Source of the DNA: Verrucomicrobiota bacterium
Lineage (GTDB): Bacteria; Verrucomicrobiota; Verrucomicrobiia; Opitutales; Coraliomargaritaceae
Length of the DNA: 22,846 nucleotides
Assembly: GCA_039815375.1 (NCBI GenBank)
Contig: JBCBZJ010000036.1
Coordinates: forward strand, 1-22,846
Direction of reading: 5' to 3'
The first letter of the stretch is position 1. Each line of letters begins with the position of its first letter. Shown here piece by piece: positions 22,135-22,846 of this stretch. The notes beneath the pieces are model-generated. The model worked only from the letters and a program-made list of their open reading frames with translations. It searched no databases and was not told where the DNA came from. A program made the position numbers and the translations under genes.

Positions 22135-22638
22135 CTAACTACTGGGGATGTTACTTCGGGCGTTACGGACATAGTTTGTCCGAATTCGATTCATACGGGG
22201 GTGATTGTAATTGTATTCAACTATTATCCAGTAACCGATCCCGGTGTTCATGGGAGTAATTGTTGGTTTAAGCCGAATCTCCATGTTTTTGGAGATAAGC
22301 CCATCGGCCTCTGTGACAAGAGGAACGATCAGCGTGTTGAATTCGTCCAGGATAAGCTCGCTTGCATTACCAGTACCTCCGACCATTTCGAAAGCATCCT
22401 TTCCAGATACCTGTATAGGGTCTTCGAGATTTGCGTAAGAGGAGCCCTTGATCTGTTCGACAACACTGGTTGCAACCGTTAGGGCTGTCGCTTCATATAG
22501 GTTGTCCTCAGCTGCCATTTTGGAGAACGTTAGTGTTTTGGTGAGGCCGAGTGCGAGTAGCGAGAAGACAAATAAAGTCACCACCATCTCGACAAGAGAA
22601 TATCCATCTTGCTTCTTTGGGATTTCGGGGACTAACAT
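22135..22638 (-). CDS. Prepilin-type minor pilin, PilV-like (start at ATG 22638 or 22665)
   Basis: KKQDG|YSLVEMVVTLFV leader and ATSVVEQIKG..Y..L helix typical of PilV/GspI-type pilins. Confidence 0.75.
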   Translation of the reverse strand: MLVPEIPKKQDGYSLVEMVVTLFVFSLLALGLTKTLTFSKMAAEDNLYEATALTVATSVVEQIKGSSYANLEDPIQVSGKDAFEMVGGTGNASELILDEFNTLIVPLVTEADGLISKNMEIRLKPTITPMNTGIGYWIIVEYNYNHPRMNRIRTNYVRNARSNIPSS

Positions 22639-22658
22639 CGCTATTGTTAATCTATAAA

Positions 22659-22846
22659 AAAACATGTTTTCGACAATTCATATTTGAATGTCAGAGAGCG
22701 TTTACCGAACAATTTACAACGTCTGACGTATACGTAAAATTTTCTTAAAAGAAAGGTGCATGCCATGGTTAGCAGTTTCAGGAAGTAGATATCTTCTTAA
22801 TTAATCGGTCTTAATTCAAATACCGTTATTTACATATTTTTGATAA
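22659..22846 (-). promoter_or_regulatory. AT-rich upstream regulatory region of the minor-pilin operon
   Basis: AT-rich, with no convincing ORF and several palindromes: AAAACATGTTTT 22659-22670, ATTCA-N4-TGAAT 22676-22689 and ACGTATACGT 22726-22735. Confidence 0.4.

Noticed and set aside
19942..22482. Long plus-strand ORFs 19942-20550 (202 aa) and 21967-22482 (171 aa)
   Set aside because: Entirely antisense to pilin-type genes that have clear leaders; no protein-like motifs.

Overview
Gene-dense bacterial chromosomal region, about 50% GC by eye. The gene styles suggest Verrucomicrobiota/Opitutia, which is an inference and not a database result. From left to right it holds: a very Lys/Ala-rich histone H1-like gene with an in-frame upstream ribbon-helix-helix (RHH)-like segment; a class I/II aminotransferase; monomeric NADP isocitrate dehydrogenase; a minus-strand type II secretion (T2SS) cluster ordered G-H-I-J-K-L-M-D-(C-like) with no gspE/gspF/gspO in the window, headed by a degenerate single-domain response regulator; a divergent MoxR-DUF58-transglutaminase operon; tsaE and thiL; an exported hypothetical protein; and a second type IV filament minor-pilin cassette (PilV/PilW-like plus a 735-aa PilX-like protein). 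No rRNA, tRNA, CRISPR array or mobile element was seen. The best leads are: the apparent RHH-H1 fusion with no conventional start codon for the full RHH; a compensated +1/-1 frameshift in the response regulator; a perfect terminator-like hairpin 6 nt before the aminotransferase ATG; and the giant PilX-like protein.
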